From contig OZ244736.1 of the NCBI GenBank assembly GCA_965219405.1, positions 1,354,064 through 1,418,063 on the forward strand: a stretch of DNA of 64,000 nt. Direction: 5' to 3'. The position numbers and the translations under genes are program-made. Under the pieces are notes generated by a model that worked only from the letters and a program-made list of their open reading frames with translations, was not told the origin of the DNA and made no database searches. Positions 9,354 through 19,999 of the stretch are shown piece by piece; position 1 is the stretch's first letter; each line of letters opens with the position of its first letter. The DNA is from Dehalococcoidia bacterium (lineage in GTDB: Bacteria > Chloroflexota > Dehalococcoidia > UBA6926).

Positions 9354-10361
9354 TTATTCGTACCAGCCGGACGCGAATATGTAACCCTCGTGCAGGACGG
9401 CCCACGTGTGCTTGAGCTGTTCTTCGCCACTATCAGGGTTAGTGATAACGTACTGGATCCAGCTGCCCTCTTCCGTTGCCCCAAGCAGATCATCTCCGTA
9501 GAAGTATCCTGTGGAGTCGACCCGCAGGGCGGGGTCGCGATCACGCAGGTCAGGATTGAAGTGGCCAATGGTGCGGCCCGACTCGGCATCGACGATGAAC
9601 GCGTACCACTGTTCGTCTATGCTATCCGCGCTGTTGTAGTACCCGAGTGCTGCCGGCAAGCCCGAGGCCTCATAGAGGCCTATCGCTAGCCGGACAATTT
9701 CCTGCGTATATTCAGGCTGATCCGACTTGGATATGGCTCCCCCGGACCAGGATGATGAGGCGAACACCAGGCCGTCGTGTTTGACGACCCAAAGATGCTT
9801 GAGTTCGACTCTCCCAAACAAGCCCGCGGCGAGGTAATCGATCCGGATGCCCTCTTCGCTGGCGCCGTCAATCACCATCTGGCCGGCAGGGTAGTGGTTG
9901 TGTCCTGTGAATTCGGAATCGTGCACGCCAACCCACGAGGGGAATGCCGCCATGGAAGCGATGTATCCACCCTCATCGAGGATGAACACGTGCCAATCGC
10001 CGTCAAGGCTTTCCTCGGAGTTGTAGAAGTCGATAGCTTCTTCACGTCCATCTCTTGCGTAACGATCGATCGCCTGCTGGACCAGTGCCTGCGCATAGGC
10101 CAGAGGTTGATCTTTTGACACGGTGATTTCGGCGTCATCAGGTTCGGCGGTCGCGGCGATGCCAGTGTCGTCAGGTTCGGCCGTCACGGTGATGCCAACG
10201 TCATCGGGTTCGATCTCCGCCGTTGGCTCCGGCGATTCACCGGAGCAGGAGGTCATGAGAGTAGCAGCCGCAGCGAGAACAATGAGCAGAGTTGCGAAAG
10301 GAAGGAGTTGCGTGAGCCGTCTGGAGGACGTGTACGGAGTAACAGGCATCGTTATTCCCAC
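9354..10361 (-). CDS. secreted lipoprotein with two tandem sCache_2-like (single Cache) ligand-binding domains and an N-terminal 12-aa tandem repeat
   Basis: 335 aa. Signal peptide with lipobox MTSC. Repeat TVTAEPDDTGIAATAEPDDAEITVS. Two copies of the Cache-like pattern (YNSxxSxDxxW(H/Y)xFIxDxxGxxxxHxxPxL...G...Y..(N/D)P.xG....K..W). No TM or output domain. Confidence 0.45.
   Translation of the reverse strand: MGITMPVTPYTSSRRLTQLLPFATLLIVLAAAATLMTSCSGESPEPTAEIEPDDVGITVTAEPDDTGIAATAEPDDAEITVSKDQPLAYAQALVQQAIDRYARDGREEAIDFYNSEESLDGDWHVFILDEGGYIASMAAFPSWVGVHDSEFTGHNHYPAGQMVIDGASEEGIRIDYLAAGLFGRVELKHLWVVKHDGLVFASSSWSGGAISKSDQPEYTQEIVRLAIGLYEASGLPAALGYYNSADSIDEQWYAFIVDAESGRTIGHFNPDLRDRDPALRVDSTGYFYGDDLLGATEEGSWIQYVITNPDSGEEQLKHTWAVLHEGYIFASGWYE
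10120..10225. repeat. about 2.5 copies of a 36-bp in-frame tandem repeat inside the Cache-lipoprotein gene
   Basis: Direct repeats read off the sequence (..atcaggttcggcggtcgcggcgatgccagtgtcgtc / aggttcggccgtcacggtgatgccaacgtcatc..), encoding AEPDD(T/A)GI(A/T)(A/V)T units. Confidence 0.6.
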
Positions 10362-10479
10362 TAATCTCCGGTTCGCTTTATGTCGGCCGAACGAGTGCTA
10401 ATGGAACGCGCCACGGTCACATCATTGTACGACAGGCCGCGCTTTTTGAGACTGCAAAGGCAGGCCAATCTCAAAAAAG

Positions 10480-10508
10480 TTGACACCCCGAAAGTGCTTT
10501 GGTACATC
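10480..10508 (+). promoter_or_regulatory. candidate sigma70 promoter (TTGACA-17-TACATC) in the low-GC leader upstream of znuA-like gene
   Basis: TTGACA at 10480-10485, 17-nt spacer, TACATC at 10503-10508. The location and the long 5' UTR are uncertain. Confidence 0.25.
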
Positions 10509-10551
10509 TAGGGCATTCCGAAGTCATAAGTGCGTCGGCACACAGTTTGAA

Positions 10552-10568
10552 GTGATATAAAGTATCAC
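10552..10568. promoter_or_regulatory. palindromic candidate operator GTGATA-N5-TATCAC upstream of znuA-like gene
   Basis: Inverted repeat GTGATAtaaagTATCAC read from the sequence in the AT-rich leader. A possible Zur or other metalloregulator site, but this is speculative. Confidence 0.2.
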
Positions 10569-10757
10569 TAACATGCCAGTGCGCCGGGTAACCTAACGGT
10601 CGCCCGTGACTCGGGAGCACATGCAAGATTCTGTTATTAACGAGGCAAGAGGGAGCTAGCATCGATATATGATACTAAATCTCAGAATCGAATCCCGGCC
10701 GAGGCGACTCGGCACGACCGTTAATCAATACAACGACAGTTCCGTAGGGGAGACATC

Positions 10758-11930
10758 ATGAAGACACTTTCAACACCCAGGCGGAACTCGGCGAAGGCGT
10801 TCAGCCTTATGCTTCTGGCTCTCGCGCTGACCTTGACTCTTGTCCTGGCTGCTGCAGCCTGCGAGGGCGACGAAGATTCCACGGCGACGCCCGGTTCAAG
10901 TGGATCTGATAGCACAGACTCTGGCAGCACAGGGTCTGACAATACGGGAACCACGAGCAGCACACAGACCGGCTCGTCCGAAGACACACCGATGGACGGT
11001 GATCCGCTCCTCGTGGTTGCCACCACCAACATCGTCGCCGATTGGGTACAGAACATCGGCGGAGACCGGGTGGAGGTCATGAGCCTGCTGCCCATCGGCG
11101 GCGATCCGCACACGTACCAGCCCGGCGCGCGGGACGTGGCAAACATCGTGGATGCCGACCTCGTCCTGACCGTTGGCCTTGGACTTGAGGGCAACTGGTT
11201 GGAGGAGCTGATCCATAACGCCAGCGCGGATGAGTCTCGCATTATCGCGCTCGGTGAAACCGTCAACCCAATCGAATTTGTGGAAACCGGCGGCCATCTG
11301 GACGAGGAAGACCACGAAGAGGCCGATGCCATGAAGGAAGACCAGGTCCTTGAGGAAGATGAGGATGAGGATAATGAGGAAGAAGGGGAACACGGTCATG
11401 AAGCCCTTGACCCACACTTCTGGTTTGACCCTGGCCGTGTTCAAGTAGCCGTCAATGACATTGCTGCTCGCCTTTTGGCCATGGATCCTGCGGGCGCAGA
11501 CATGTATCGAGCAAACGCGGCGGCCTACAACGCGCAGCTGAATGAGCTCCACTCGTGGACCGAGCAGCAATTGAGCGGCATTCCTACCGACGATCGAATC
11601 CTCATTACGTCACATGACAGCCTCAGCTACTTTGCCGTGGTTTACGGGTTCGAAGTGGTTGGCACGGTGATCCCCGGCGGAACAACGGAAACGGAATCAT
11701 CTGCGGAACAACTCGCCGACTTGATCGAGATAGTTGAGCACGAGGGAGTGACTGCGATATTCGGAGAGACCACCGTTACAGAACGCATCGCGCAGGCGGT
11801 TGCCGAGGAAACGGGCGCGGGATTCTACAGCCTCTACTCCGGCTCCCTCGGCGCGGAGGGCAGTGGCGCGGACACGTTCATAACAATGGTACGCACCAAT
11901 GTGGAGATCATCGTGGAGGCGCTGAGCTAG
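10758..11930 (+). CDS. znuA: metal (zinc) ABC transporter substrate-binding protein, ZnuA/TroA family with His/Asp/Glu-rich loop
   Basis: 390 aa. Signal peptide plus lipobox (AAAC). Cluster-9 SBP pattern. Long acidic/His-rich insertion HLDEEDHEEADAMKEDQVLEEDEDEDNEEEGEHGHEALDPHFWFDP characteristic of ZnuA. Confidence 0.7.
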   Translation: MKTLSTPRRNSAKAFSLMLLALALTLTLVLAAAACEGDEDSTATPGSSGSDSTDSGSTGSDNTGTTSSTQTGSSEDTPMDGDPLLVVATTNIVADWVQNIGGDRVEVMSLLPIGGDPHTYQPGARDVANIVDADLVLTVGLGLEGNWLEELIHNASADESRIIALGETVNPIEFVETGGHLDEEDHEEADAMKEDQVLEEDEDEDNEEEGEHGHEALDPHFWFDPGRVQVAVNDIAARLLAMDPAGADMYRANAAAYNAQLNELHSWTEQQLSGIPTDDRILITSHDSLSYFAVVYGFEVVGTVIPGGTTETESSAEQLADLIEIVEHEGVTAIFGETTVTERIAQAVAEETGAGFYSLYSGSLGAEGSGADTFITMVRTNVEIIVEALS

Positions 11931-11963
11931 ACAACACAACTTCAAGGGAATCCTCCCCAAGCG

Positions 11964-12004
11964 AGAGGGGTCGGCGGCCCAGGCAGACCGCCGACCCCTC
12001 TTTG
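11964..12004 (+). terminator. intrinsic terminator after znuA-like gene
   Basis: 13-14 bp perfect stem GAGGGGTCGGCGG / CCGCCGACCCCTC with a 10-nt loop, followed by TTT. Confidence 0.6.
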
Positions 12005-12142
12005 ACAATGAACGGTTTCAGTACAGGCAGCGGAACGCCGTTTGCCCACGTGCCGTCCGCTTTCCTATCCGTTCTGCTATACTCAGATAGAAACAGGAAG
12101 AGAAAGAACAGAGGAACGGCGATAGCCCACGGCGGAGGCAGT

Positions 12143-12406
12143 TTGGATCGGCAGACCAAGACCCAGATAATCGAAGAATATCGAGGGCACCCCACAGATA
12201 CCGGCTCCACTGAGGTTCAGGTCGCAGTGCTGAGCACACGAATCAGAGACCTGACCGGGCACTTGCAAGTCCACCGCCACGACCATGCGACACGGAGAGG
12301 GCTGCTGATGCTCGTGGGCCAGCGGCGCAGACTACTCCGATACCTCCGCCGACAAGACGTAGGACGATACCAGTCCCTCATCGCGTCACTCGGCCTACGC
12401 AGATAG
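12143..12406 (+). CDS. rpsO: 30S ribosomal protein S15
   Basis: C-terminal 87 aa of ORF 12002..12406 match S15 (TGSTEVQVAVLSTRIRDLTGHLQVHRHDHATRRGLLMLVGQRRRLLRYL). TTG start at 12143 lies 6 nt after GGAGG. Confidence 0.85.
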   Translation: MDRQTKTQIIEEYRGHPTDTGSTEVQVAVLSTRIRDLTGHLQVHRHDHATRRGLLMLVGQRRRLLRYLRRQDVGRYQSLIASLGLRR

Positions 12407-12449
12407 TCGAAACGGCTCCGTCTTCCTCCGGCGCGAAAGCGCAGGAGAG

Positions 12450-14744
12450 TTGAACGGCATGATTCATAAAGTCGAGCGCGAGCTCGCAGGACGCACACTC
12501 ACCATTGAAACGGGCGAACTCGCCCAACAGGCCAGCGGCGCGGTTACCGTCCGCTACGGCGATACCATTATCCTCGCCACCGCCGTCATGGCGCCCAATG
12601 CGAGAGAAGGCATTGATTTCCTCCCCCTCACCGTGGACCTGGAAGAGCGCCATTACGCCATCGGCAAGATCCCCGGCAGCTTCTTCCGACGGGAGGGCAG
12701 GCCGGGCTCAGAGGCTATCTTGTCCGGGCGTATCACGGATCGAACCCTCCGACCACTGTTCCCCAAGGGACTCCGCAACGAGGTGCAGATCATCCTGACC
12801 GTCCTCTCGGCAGACCGGGAGAACGCGCTGGACACGCTGGGCATTATCGGCGCGTCCGCCGCCCTGACAATCTCTCACATCCCATTCGAGGGGCCCGTCA
12901 GCGGCTGCCACGTCGGCTACGTCGACGGCGAAATCGTCATCAACAACCTCTATAGCAACGCCGATGCCAGCAATCTCGACCTCGTGATCGCCGGCTCCCG
13001 CGACGCCATCGTGATGGTTGAGGCGGGCGCGAACGAGGTTGACGAGTCCGTCCTGCGGCAGGCGCTGCTGGCAGGGCAGGAGACCAACCGCATCATCATT
13101 GAGATGCAGGAGGAGCTGCGGGAGCTTTGCGGTAAGGAAAAGGTCACCATCGAAGCGCCCGAAGAGAATACCGCTCTCCGTGAGGCCATTGAGTCGCTGG
13201 TTGGCGAGCGACTGCTTGAGGCCGCTGCCGGACTCGGCAGACATGAGCGCAACGAGACCACCAGCGCGCTGCTGGACGAGACTCTTGAGAATCTCTCAGA
13301 CAACCATGAGGCATCTGAAATCGAGCACGTCTTTGAAGACGCATTCACGGACGCCGTCCGCGCAAGCATCCTTAACGGTAAGCGCCCGGACGGCCGCAAC
13401 CACACGCAGATTCGACCGCTAACGAGCAGGGTAGGCGTGCTGCCGCGAGCGCACGGCTCCGCGCTGTTCCAGCGGGGCGAGACACAGGTGCTCAATGTCA
13501 CCACGCTCGGCCCGCTCGCCGACGCTCAGCGAATCGACTCGCTGACGCCGATCGAGACCAAGCGCTATCTGCACCACTACAACTTCCCGCCATACTCCGT
13601 CGGTGAGGCGCGCCGCGTTGGCACGCCCGGCAGGCGCGAGATTGGCCACGGCGCGCTCGCGGAGCGGGCGTTGCTGCCCGTCATTCCCGGTGAGATGGAG
13701 TTCCCGTACACGCTGCGGCTCGTCTCAGACGTGCTCGGCTCAAACGGCAGTACGTCCATGGCAAGCGTCTGTTCCAGCACGTTGTCCCTGATGGACGCAG
13801 GCGTACCGATCAAGGCGCCGGTGGCGGGCATCGCGATGGGCCTCGTCACGGACAAGACGGGCGCGTACGCAGTCCTGACCGACATTCAGGGCCTTGAGGA
13901 CCACCTTGGCGATATGGACTTCAAGGTGGCGGGCACGGCGGAGGGCGTAACGGCCCTGCAGATGGATATCAAGCTCACCGGCATCACGGATGAGATTATG
14001 GAAAAGGCGCTTGACCAGGCGAAGACCGCCCGCCTTGAGCTGCTTGCCCATATGAGTGAGACCATCGCCGAGACACGGACGGATCTAAGCCCGTTCGCAC
14101 CGCGCATGACACGCATCCAGATCAACCCGGAGCGCATCGGCGCGCTCATCGGCCCCGGCGGTAAGACCATTCGCAGCATCGTGGAGGAAACCGGCGCGAC
14201 CGTTGACGTCGAGAACGACGGCACGGTGTTTGTCGGCGCGTCCGACGGCGACATTGCAGCCCGCGCCATCGGCATGATTGAACGGCTGACCAAAGACATC
14301 GAGATCGGGGAGTCGTTCAAGGGCAAGGTTGTCCGCACGACCGATTTCGGCGCGTTCGTTGAACTCGCGCCGGGACGTGACGGCATGGTGCACATTTCTG
14401 AGTTGGCCCACTATCGTGTGGGCAGCGTCGAGGACGTCATCAAGGTTGGCGATGAGGTTGAGGTTCTTGTCACGGACATCGACCCGACGGGCCGCATTCG
14501 CCTGTCTCGCCGTGCGCTGATCGAGCCGGACGCCGAGACGCCGCCTGAGGGCGCGGAAGTGAATACCGGCGCGCCATTCGACCAGCGGCAGGGCCGCGGC
14601 GATGGCGGCGGACGCCCATTCGGCGATCGTGACCGCGGACCACGGCCGATGGGTAATGGCCGCCCGCCGCGGCGCAGGCCGGACGGAGACCGAGACCGCC
14701 CGAGCCGCCCCGAGGGTGACCGTCCCCCACGCCGCCGCATGTAA
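12450..14744 (+). CDS. pnp: polyribonucleotide nucleotidyltransferase (PNPase) with RG/RD/P-rich C-terminal tail
   Basis: 764 aa. Two RNase PH domains, KH (IGPGGKTIRSI) and S1 (GKVVRTTDFGAFVEL) domains. Classic rpsO-pnp synteny. About 70-aa low-complexity tail. Confidence 0.9.
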   Translation: MNGMIHKVERELAGRTLTIETGELAQQASGAVTVRYGDTIILATAVMAPNAREGIDFLPLTVDLEERHYAIGKIPGSFFRREGRPGSEAILSGRITDRTLRPLFPKGLRNEVQIILTVLSADRENALDTLGIIGASAALTISHIPFEGPVSGCHVGYVDGEIVINNLYSNADASNLDLVIAGSRDAIVMVEAGANEVDESVLRQALLAGQETNRIIIEMQEELRELCGKEKVTIEAPEENTALREAIESLVGERLLEAAAGLGRHERNETTSALLDETLENLSDNHEASEIEHVFEDAFTDAVRASILNGKRPDGRNHTQIRPLTSRVGVLPRAHGSALFQRGETQVLNVTTLGPLADAQRIDSLTPIETKRYLHHYNFPPYSVGEARRVGTPGRREIGHGALAERALLPVIPGEMEFPYTLRLVSDVLGSNGSTSMASVCSSTLSLMDAGVPIKAPVAGIAMGLVTDKTGAYAVLTDIQGLEDHLGDMDFKVAGTAEGVTALQMDIKLTGITDEIMEKALDQAKTARLELLAHMSETIAETRTDLSPFAPRMTRIQINPERIGALIGPGGKTIRSIVEETGATVDVENDGTVFVGASDGDIAARAIGMIERLTKDIEIGESFKGKVVRTTDFGAFVELAPGRDGMVHISELAHYRVGSVEDVIKVGDEVEVLVTDIDPTGRIRLSRRALIEPDAETPPEGAEVNTGAPFDQRQGRGDGGGRPFGDRDRGPRPMGNGRPPRRRPDGDRDRPSRPEGDRPPRRRM

Positions 14745-14819
14745 TCAGCGATGGCAGCGCGACCTCACATAGTCCGCTCTCTCCTCGGGGGAGAGGGTTA
14801 GGGTGAGGGGGGAGCCGTC

Positions 14820-15641
14820 ATGACCGCCGAAAGCTCCTCTGAAATCACCGTCGCCGTCCACGGCGCTACCGGCCGCATGGGGCGCGTGCTTCTGAATGCC
14901 ATCGCCAACGCAGATGGCGTTTCGCTTGTCGCTTCGGCTAGCAGGTCCGGTTTCCGTGCCCACGCGCCAAACGGCGAAGTGACAGAGCACGCAAACCTTG
15001 ATGATCTGCTGCGCGAAACCTCGCCCAACGTTGTCGTCGATTTCACCATGCGTGAGGCGGTTCTGCCCATCGCGCGGCTGGCCGCCCAACACAACGCGAA
15101 CTTCGTCACCGGCACAAGCGGCCTCACGCCGGAGATACTCCACGCACTGCGTGATATTGCCGCCGGCAGCAACATCGGCGTCATGGTCGGCCCGAACTTC
15201 AGCCTTGGCGCTGTTGTCCTGGAGCGCCTCGCACAGGAAGCAGGGCGTCATTTTGCGTATGCTGAGATCATCGAGATGCACCACGCGGGCAAGGCGGACG
15301 CGCCGTCCGGAAGCGCCATGGCCACTGCGCGCGGGATGCTGGAGGCGCGGGATGGTGAAGAGTTCGCCAACCCCGCCGCGCAGATTGAGAACCTCGAGAG
15401 CGTCCGCGGCGGTGACATCGGCGGCGTCGCCATCCACGCCGTGCGGATGCCAGGGTTGATGGCACATCAGCAGGTCCTTCTTGGCGGGCCGGGCGAGACG
15501 ATGACGCTCCGCCATGATGTAATAGATAGAGAAAGCTATATGCCGGGTGTCCTGCTCGCGATCCGGGAGGTGGGCAACCGGCGCGGACAACTGACGTACG
15601 GCCTCGGCGCGCTGCTGTGGCCGGAGCAGAAAGGGGAATGA
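14820..15641 (+). CDS. dapB: 4-hydroxy-tetrahydrodipicolinate reductase
   Basis: 273 aa. N-terminal NAD(P)-binding VAVHGATGRMGR and DapB C-terminal domain motifs. Confidence 0.85.
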   Translation: MTAESSSEITVAVHGATGRMGRVLLNAIANADGVSLVASASRSGFRAHAPNGEVTEHANLDDLLRETSPNVVVDFTMREAVLPIARLAAQHNANFVTGTSGLTPEILHALRDIAAGSNIGVMVGPNFSLGAVVLERLAQEAGRHFAYAEIIEMHHAGKADAPSGSAMATARGMLEARDGEEFANPAAQIENLESVRGGDIGGVAIHAVRMPGLMAHQQVLLGGPGETMTLRHDVIDRESYMPGVLLAIREVGNRRGQLTYGLGALLWPEQKGE

Positions 15642-16675
15642 TGGCGAACAGTGATCGGCCGCGCGTCGCGATTGTCGGCGCAACCGGCCTTGTGGGCGAG
15701 ACATTCATCAACGTGCTTGAAGAGCGCGGCTTTCCCATGTCGTCCCTGACGCTCATGGCCTCCGCGCGGTCCGCGGGCAAGCGCCTCAAGGCCATGGGCG
15801 ACGAGTTTGAGGTTGTCGAGGCGACTCCCGACGCCTTTGAGAACATCGATATCGCGCTGTTTTCGGCGGGTGGCGGCACGAGCAAGCAGCTCGCGCCCGA
15901 GGCTGCAAAGCGCGGCACGGTCGTCGTCGATAACTCGTCCGCATGGCGCATGGACGCCGACACGCCGCTCGTTGTGCCGGAGGTCAATCCTGACGACGCA
16001 CTGAATCACAACGGCATCATCGCCAACCCCAACTGTTCGACCATCCAAATGGTCGTCGCGCTTTGGCCGCTGCACCGTGAAAACCCCATCAAGCGCATCA
16101 TCGTGGACACGTATCAGTCCGCGTCCGGTGCGGGACGTCTGGCGCTCGAAGAGATGCTGGAGCAGTCGCGCGACGTGTTGAACGGCGAAGAGGCCCAACC
16201 GAGCGCCTTCCCGCATCGCATCGCATTCAACGCTATTCCGCAGATCGACGTCTTTGAAGAGGACGACTATACCAAGGAAGAGATCAAGATGGTGCGGGAG
16301 ACGCAGAAGATCATGCACGCGCCGGAGATTGCGGTCTCCGCCACCTGCGTCCGCATTCCCGCCGCGTTCGCCCATTCCGAGGCCGTCCACGTCGAGTTCA
16401 CGAACCCCCTCTCTCCCTCAGACGCGCGTGACATCCTGTCCGCCGCGCCGGGCGTCATTGTGACGGATAATCCCTCGGCGAGCGCCTATCCGATGGCCAT
16501 CGACGCACAGGGCAGGGACGAGGTGTTCGTCGGCCGTATCCGCCGCGACACCGCGCTGGACAACGGCATCTCCATGTGGGTCGTCTCCGACAACATCCGC
16601 AAGGGCGCGGCGACGAACACTATCCAGATCGCCGAACTCCTGGCAAAGAACGCGCCTGTCGCCTCCGCGAGGTGA
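15638..16675 (+). CDS. asd: aspartate-semialdehyde dehydrogenase
   Basis: About 345 aa. RVAIVGATGLVGETF Rossmann motif and active-site Cys region (NPNCSTI). ATG overlaps the dapB stop (ATGATGG), so translation is probably coupled. Confidence 0.85.
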   Translation: MMANSDRPRVAIVGATGLVGETFINVLEERGFPMSSLTLMASARSAGKRLKAMGDEFEVVEATPDAFENIDIALFSAGGGTSKQLAPEAAKRGTVVVDNSSAWRMDADTPLVVPEVNPDDALNHNGIIANPNCSTIQMVVALWPLHRENPIKRIIVDTYQSASGAGRLALEEMLEQSRDVLNGEEAQPSAFPHRIAFNAIPQIDVFEEDDYTKEEIKMVRETQKIMHAPEIAVSATCVRIPAAFAHSEAVHVEFTNPLSPSDARDILSAAPGVIVTDNPSASAYPMAIDAQGRDEVFVGRIRRDTALDNGISMWVVSDNIRKGAATNTIQIAELLAKNAPVASAR

Positions 16676-16679
16676 CGCG

Positions 16680-17471
16680 ATGCAGACACACGAAACCCCG
16701 TCCCTGGAGGAGCGCGCCGCAGCCATCGGCGACAACGTCGCACGGCTGCAACAGCGCATGGCCGACATTGCAAGTGAGGCCGGCCGGGACCCACAGACCG
16801 TCAAGCTGCATGGCGCAACAAAGGGCGTCGAGCCCGAGCGCGTTATAGCCGCTATTCGCCACGGCCTGACTCATTTCGGTGAGAATTGGGTGCAGGAGGC
16901 CGCCCCCAAGATCACGGCGGCCAACGCCCTGGCGGAAGAGCAGGGCATCACCCCGCCCACATGGCATATGATCGGCCACCTGCAACGCAACAAGGCTCGG
17001 CAAGCGCTGGAAGTCTTCCAGGCTATAGACACCATCGACTCCCTGCGGCTTGCCGAGACGGTCGGCCAGCGGGCGGAGCAGGTGGACGCCGGCCCTGTTG
17101 GAGCGCTCATTGAAATCGACTTCACCAACAACCCGGACCGCGGCGGCTTCAAACTGGAATTCAAGCCTGACGATGGACAGCTTGGTCAGTTCATGGAGGA
17201 CGCGCGGCGCATCATCGAGCTGCCGAACCTCAACGTGATTGGCCTGATGACGGTGGGGCCGATGGCGGAGGACGCGGAGGCGTCCCGCCCCGGTTTCCGC
17301 CGCCTGCGCGAGATTCGTGACGCTCTCAATGACACGGTTGCGTCCGCGCAGCTTACGGAACTCTCCATGGGGATGACCAACGATTTCCACGTGGCCATCC
17401 AGGAGGGCGCGACGGTCGTGCGCCTCGGAACGGCCATCTTCGGCCCCCGTCCAACCGGCCGCACCTACTAG
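16680..17471 (+). CDS. yggS: YggS family pyridoxal phosphate homeostasis protein
   Basis: 263 aa. Alanine racemase N-terminal-like fold, KLHGATKGV..HMIGHLQRNK pattern. Confidence 0.8.
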   Translation: MQTHETPSLEERAAAIGDNVARLQQRMADIASEAGRDPQTVKLHGATKGVEPERVIAAIRHGLTHFGENWVQEAAPKITAANALAEEQGITPPTWHMIGHLQRNKARQALEVFQAIDTIDSLRLAETVGQRAEQVDAGPVGALIEIDFTNNPDRGGFKLEFKPDDGQLGQFMEDARRIIELPNLNVIGLMTVGPMAEDAEASRPGFRRLREIRDALNDTVASAQLTELSMGMTNDFHVAIQEGATVVRLGTAIFGPRPTGRTY

Positions 17472-17538
17472 CTCGAAACGTACTACAATCCGTTTATCGA
17501 CTAGGGAATCGCTAGCCCGACGCGGAGGGGAGTGGACG

Positions 17539-18447
17539 ATGAGAGACCGCAATGGCGCGCCCTTTGGACGGGTGCTCACGGCAATGGTCACGCCGTTCGA
17601 CGGTGACGGGAACGTCAGCTATGAGCAGGCGGCGAAGTTGGCCCAGGCACTCATCGACTCCGGCACGGAGGGACTCGTTGTCACGGGCACGACGGGCGAG
17701 GGGCCGACCCTGACCGCAGAGGAAAAACTGCGCCTCTATGAGACGACGCTTGAGGTCGCCAACCGCAACAGCGCGCACATTATTGCCGGCACCACGACGT
17801 ACAACACCGCAGAGAGCATCGAGCTTTCACAAGAGGCCGAGAAACTCGGCGCGCACGGCATCCTCATGACCGTGCCGTACTACAACAAGCCGCCGCAGGA
17901 CTCCCTCTACCGGCATTTCGTGGCCATCGCGGAGTCCGTCGGCATCCCCGGCATCCTCTACAACGTGCCCAGCCGCACGTCCCTCAACATGACGGCCGCC
18001 ACAACCGCGCGGCTCAGCCACGTCGACAACATAGCCGGTGTCAAGGAGGCCAGCGCCGATCTCGGCCAGATCGCCCAGATCATCGAGACGGCAGACGACG
18101 GTTTCACCGTGTGGTCAGGCAATGACGCGGATACCGTGCCCGTGCTGGCAGTTGGCGGCTACGGCGTGGTCAGCGTTGCGGCGCATGTGGTGGGCAAGCA
18201 GATTTCGAGGAAGATCTACGCCTTCCTTGACGGCGCGCGCGAAGAATCGGCGTCCATCCACCGGGGCCTTTTGCCGCTCATTGACGCGCTTTTTGTGGTA
18301 GCCAACCCCATTCCCGTGAAGCACATGCTGAACACCATCGGCATGGACGTTGGCACGCCGCGTCTGCCGCTTACAGAGGCGGACGACGCCACCCGCGCCC
18401 ACATCGAGGACGTTCTCTCCCACTACGACGTGGATTTGCCGGTTTAG
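17539..18447 (+). CDS. dapA: 4-hydroxy-tetrahydrodipicolinate synthase
   Basis: 302 aa. VLTAMVTPF..GTTGE signature of DapA/DHDPS. The start may be a few codons downstream. Confidence 0.85.
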   Translation: MRDRNGAPFGRVLTAMVTPFDGDGNVSYEQAAKLAQALIDSGTEGLVVTGTTGEGPTLTAEEKLRLYETTLEVANRNSAHIIAGTTTYNTAESIELSQEAEKLGAHGILMTVPYYNKPPQDSLYRHFVAIAESVGIPGILYNVPSRTSLNMTAATTARLSHVDNIAGVKEASADLGQIAQIIETADDGFTVWSGNDADTVPVLAVGGYGVVSVAAHVVGKQISRKIYAFLDGAREESASIHRGLLPLIDALFVVANPIPVKHMLNTIGMDVGTPRLPLTEADDATRAHIEDVLSHYDVDLPV

Positions 18448-18480
18448 GGCGGGAACTACAGCGTCGGCCTTATACCCGTC

Positions 18481-18501
18481 ATTCCCGCGAAAGCGGGAAT
18501 C
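18481..18501. terminator. hairpin between convergent dapA and purA (bidirectional terminator candidate)
   Basis: ATTCCCGC gaaa GCGGGAAT stem with a GNRA-like loop, in the 84-nt convergent gap. Confidence 0.4.
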
Positions 18502-18531
18502 CATGCGCGGCGTGAGCCAAACTGACGGATT

Positions 18532-19947
<1,416 letters not shown>

Positions 19948-19999
19948 CTATACTTAGGCGGGGTTTGCGCTTACGGGGTGGGGTAGCCAAGGGGGCGGG

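Noticed and set aside
10441-10480. AT-rich inverted repeat TTTTGAGA..17 nt..TCTCAAAA
   Set aside because: Weak 8-bp A/T stem with a long loop, not downstream of any gene end. Unlikely to be a functional terminator.
12002-12142. N-terminal extension of the rpsO ORF (MTMNGFSTGSG...)
   Set aside because: The S15 homology begins at residue about 48. An internal TTG preceded by GGAGG gives a canonical 87-aa S15, and the upstream part covers the znuA terminator and promoter region.
14775-14800. Possible hairpin (CTCTCTCC tcgg GGAGAGAG-like) between pnp and dapB
   Set aside because: Short imperfect stem with no U-tract, so not reported as a feature. The antisense ORF 14745..15704 spanning it is spurious.
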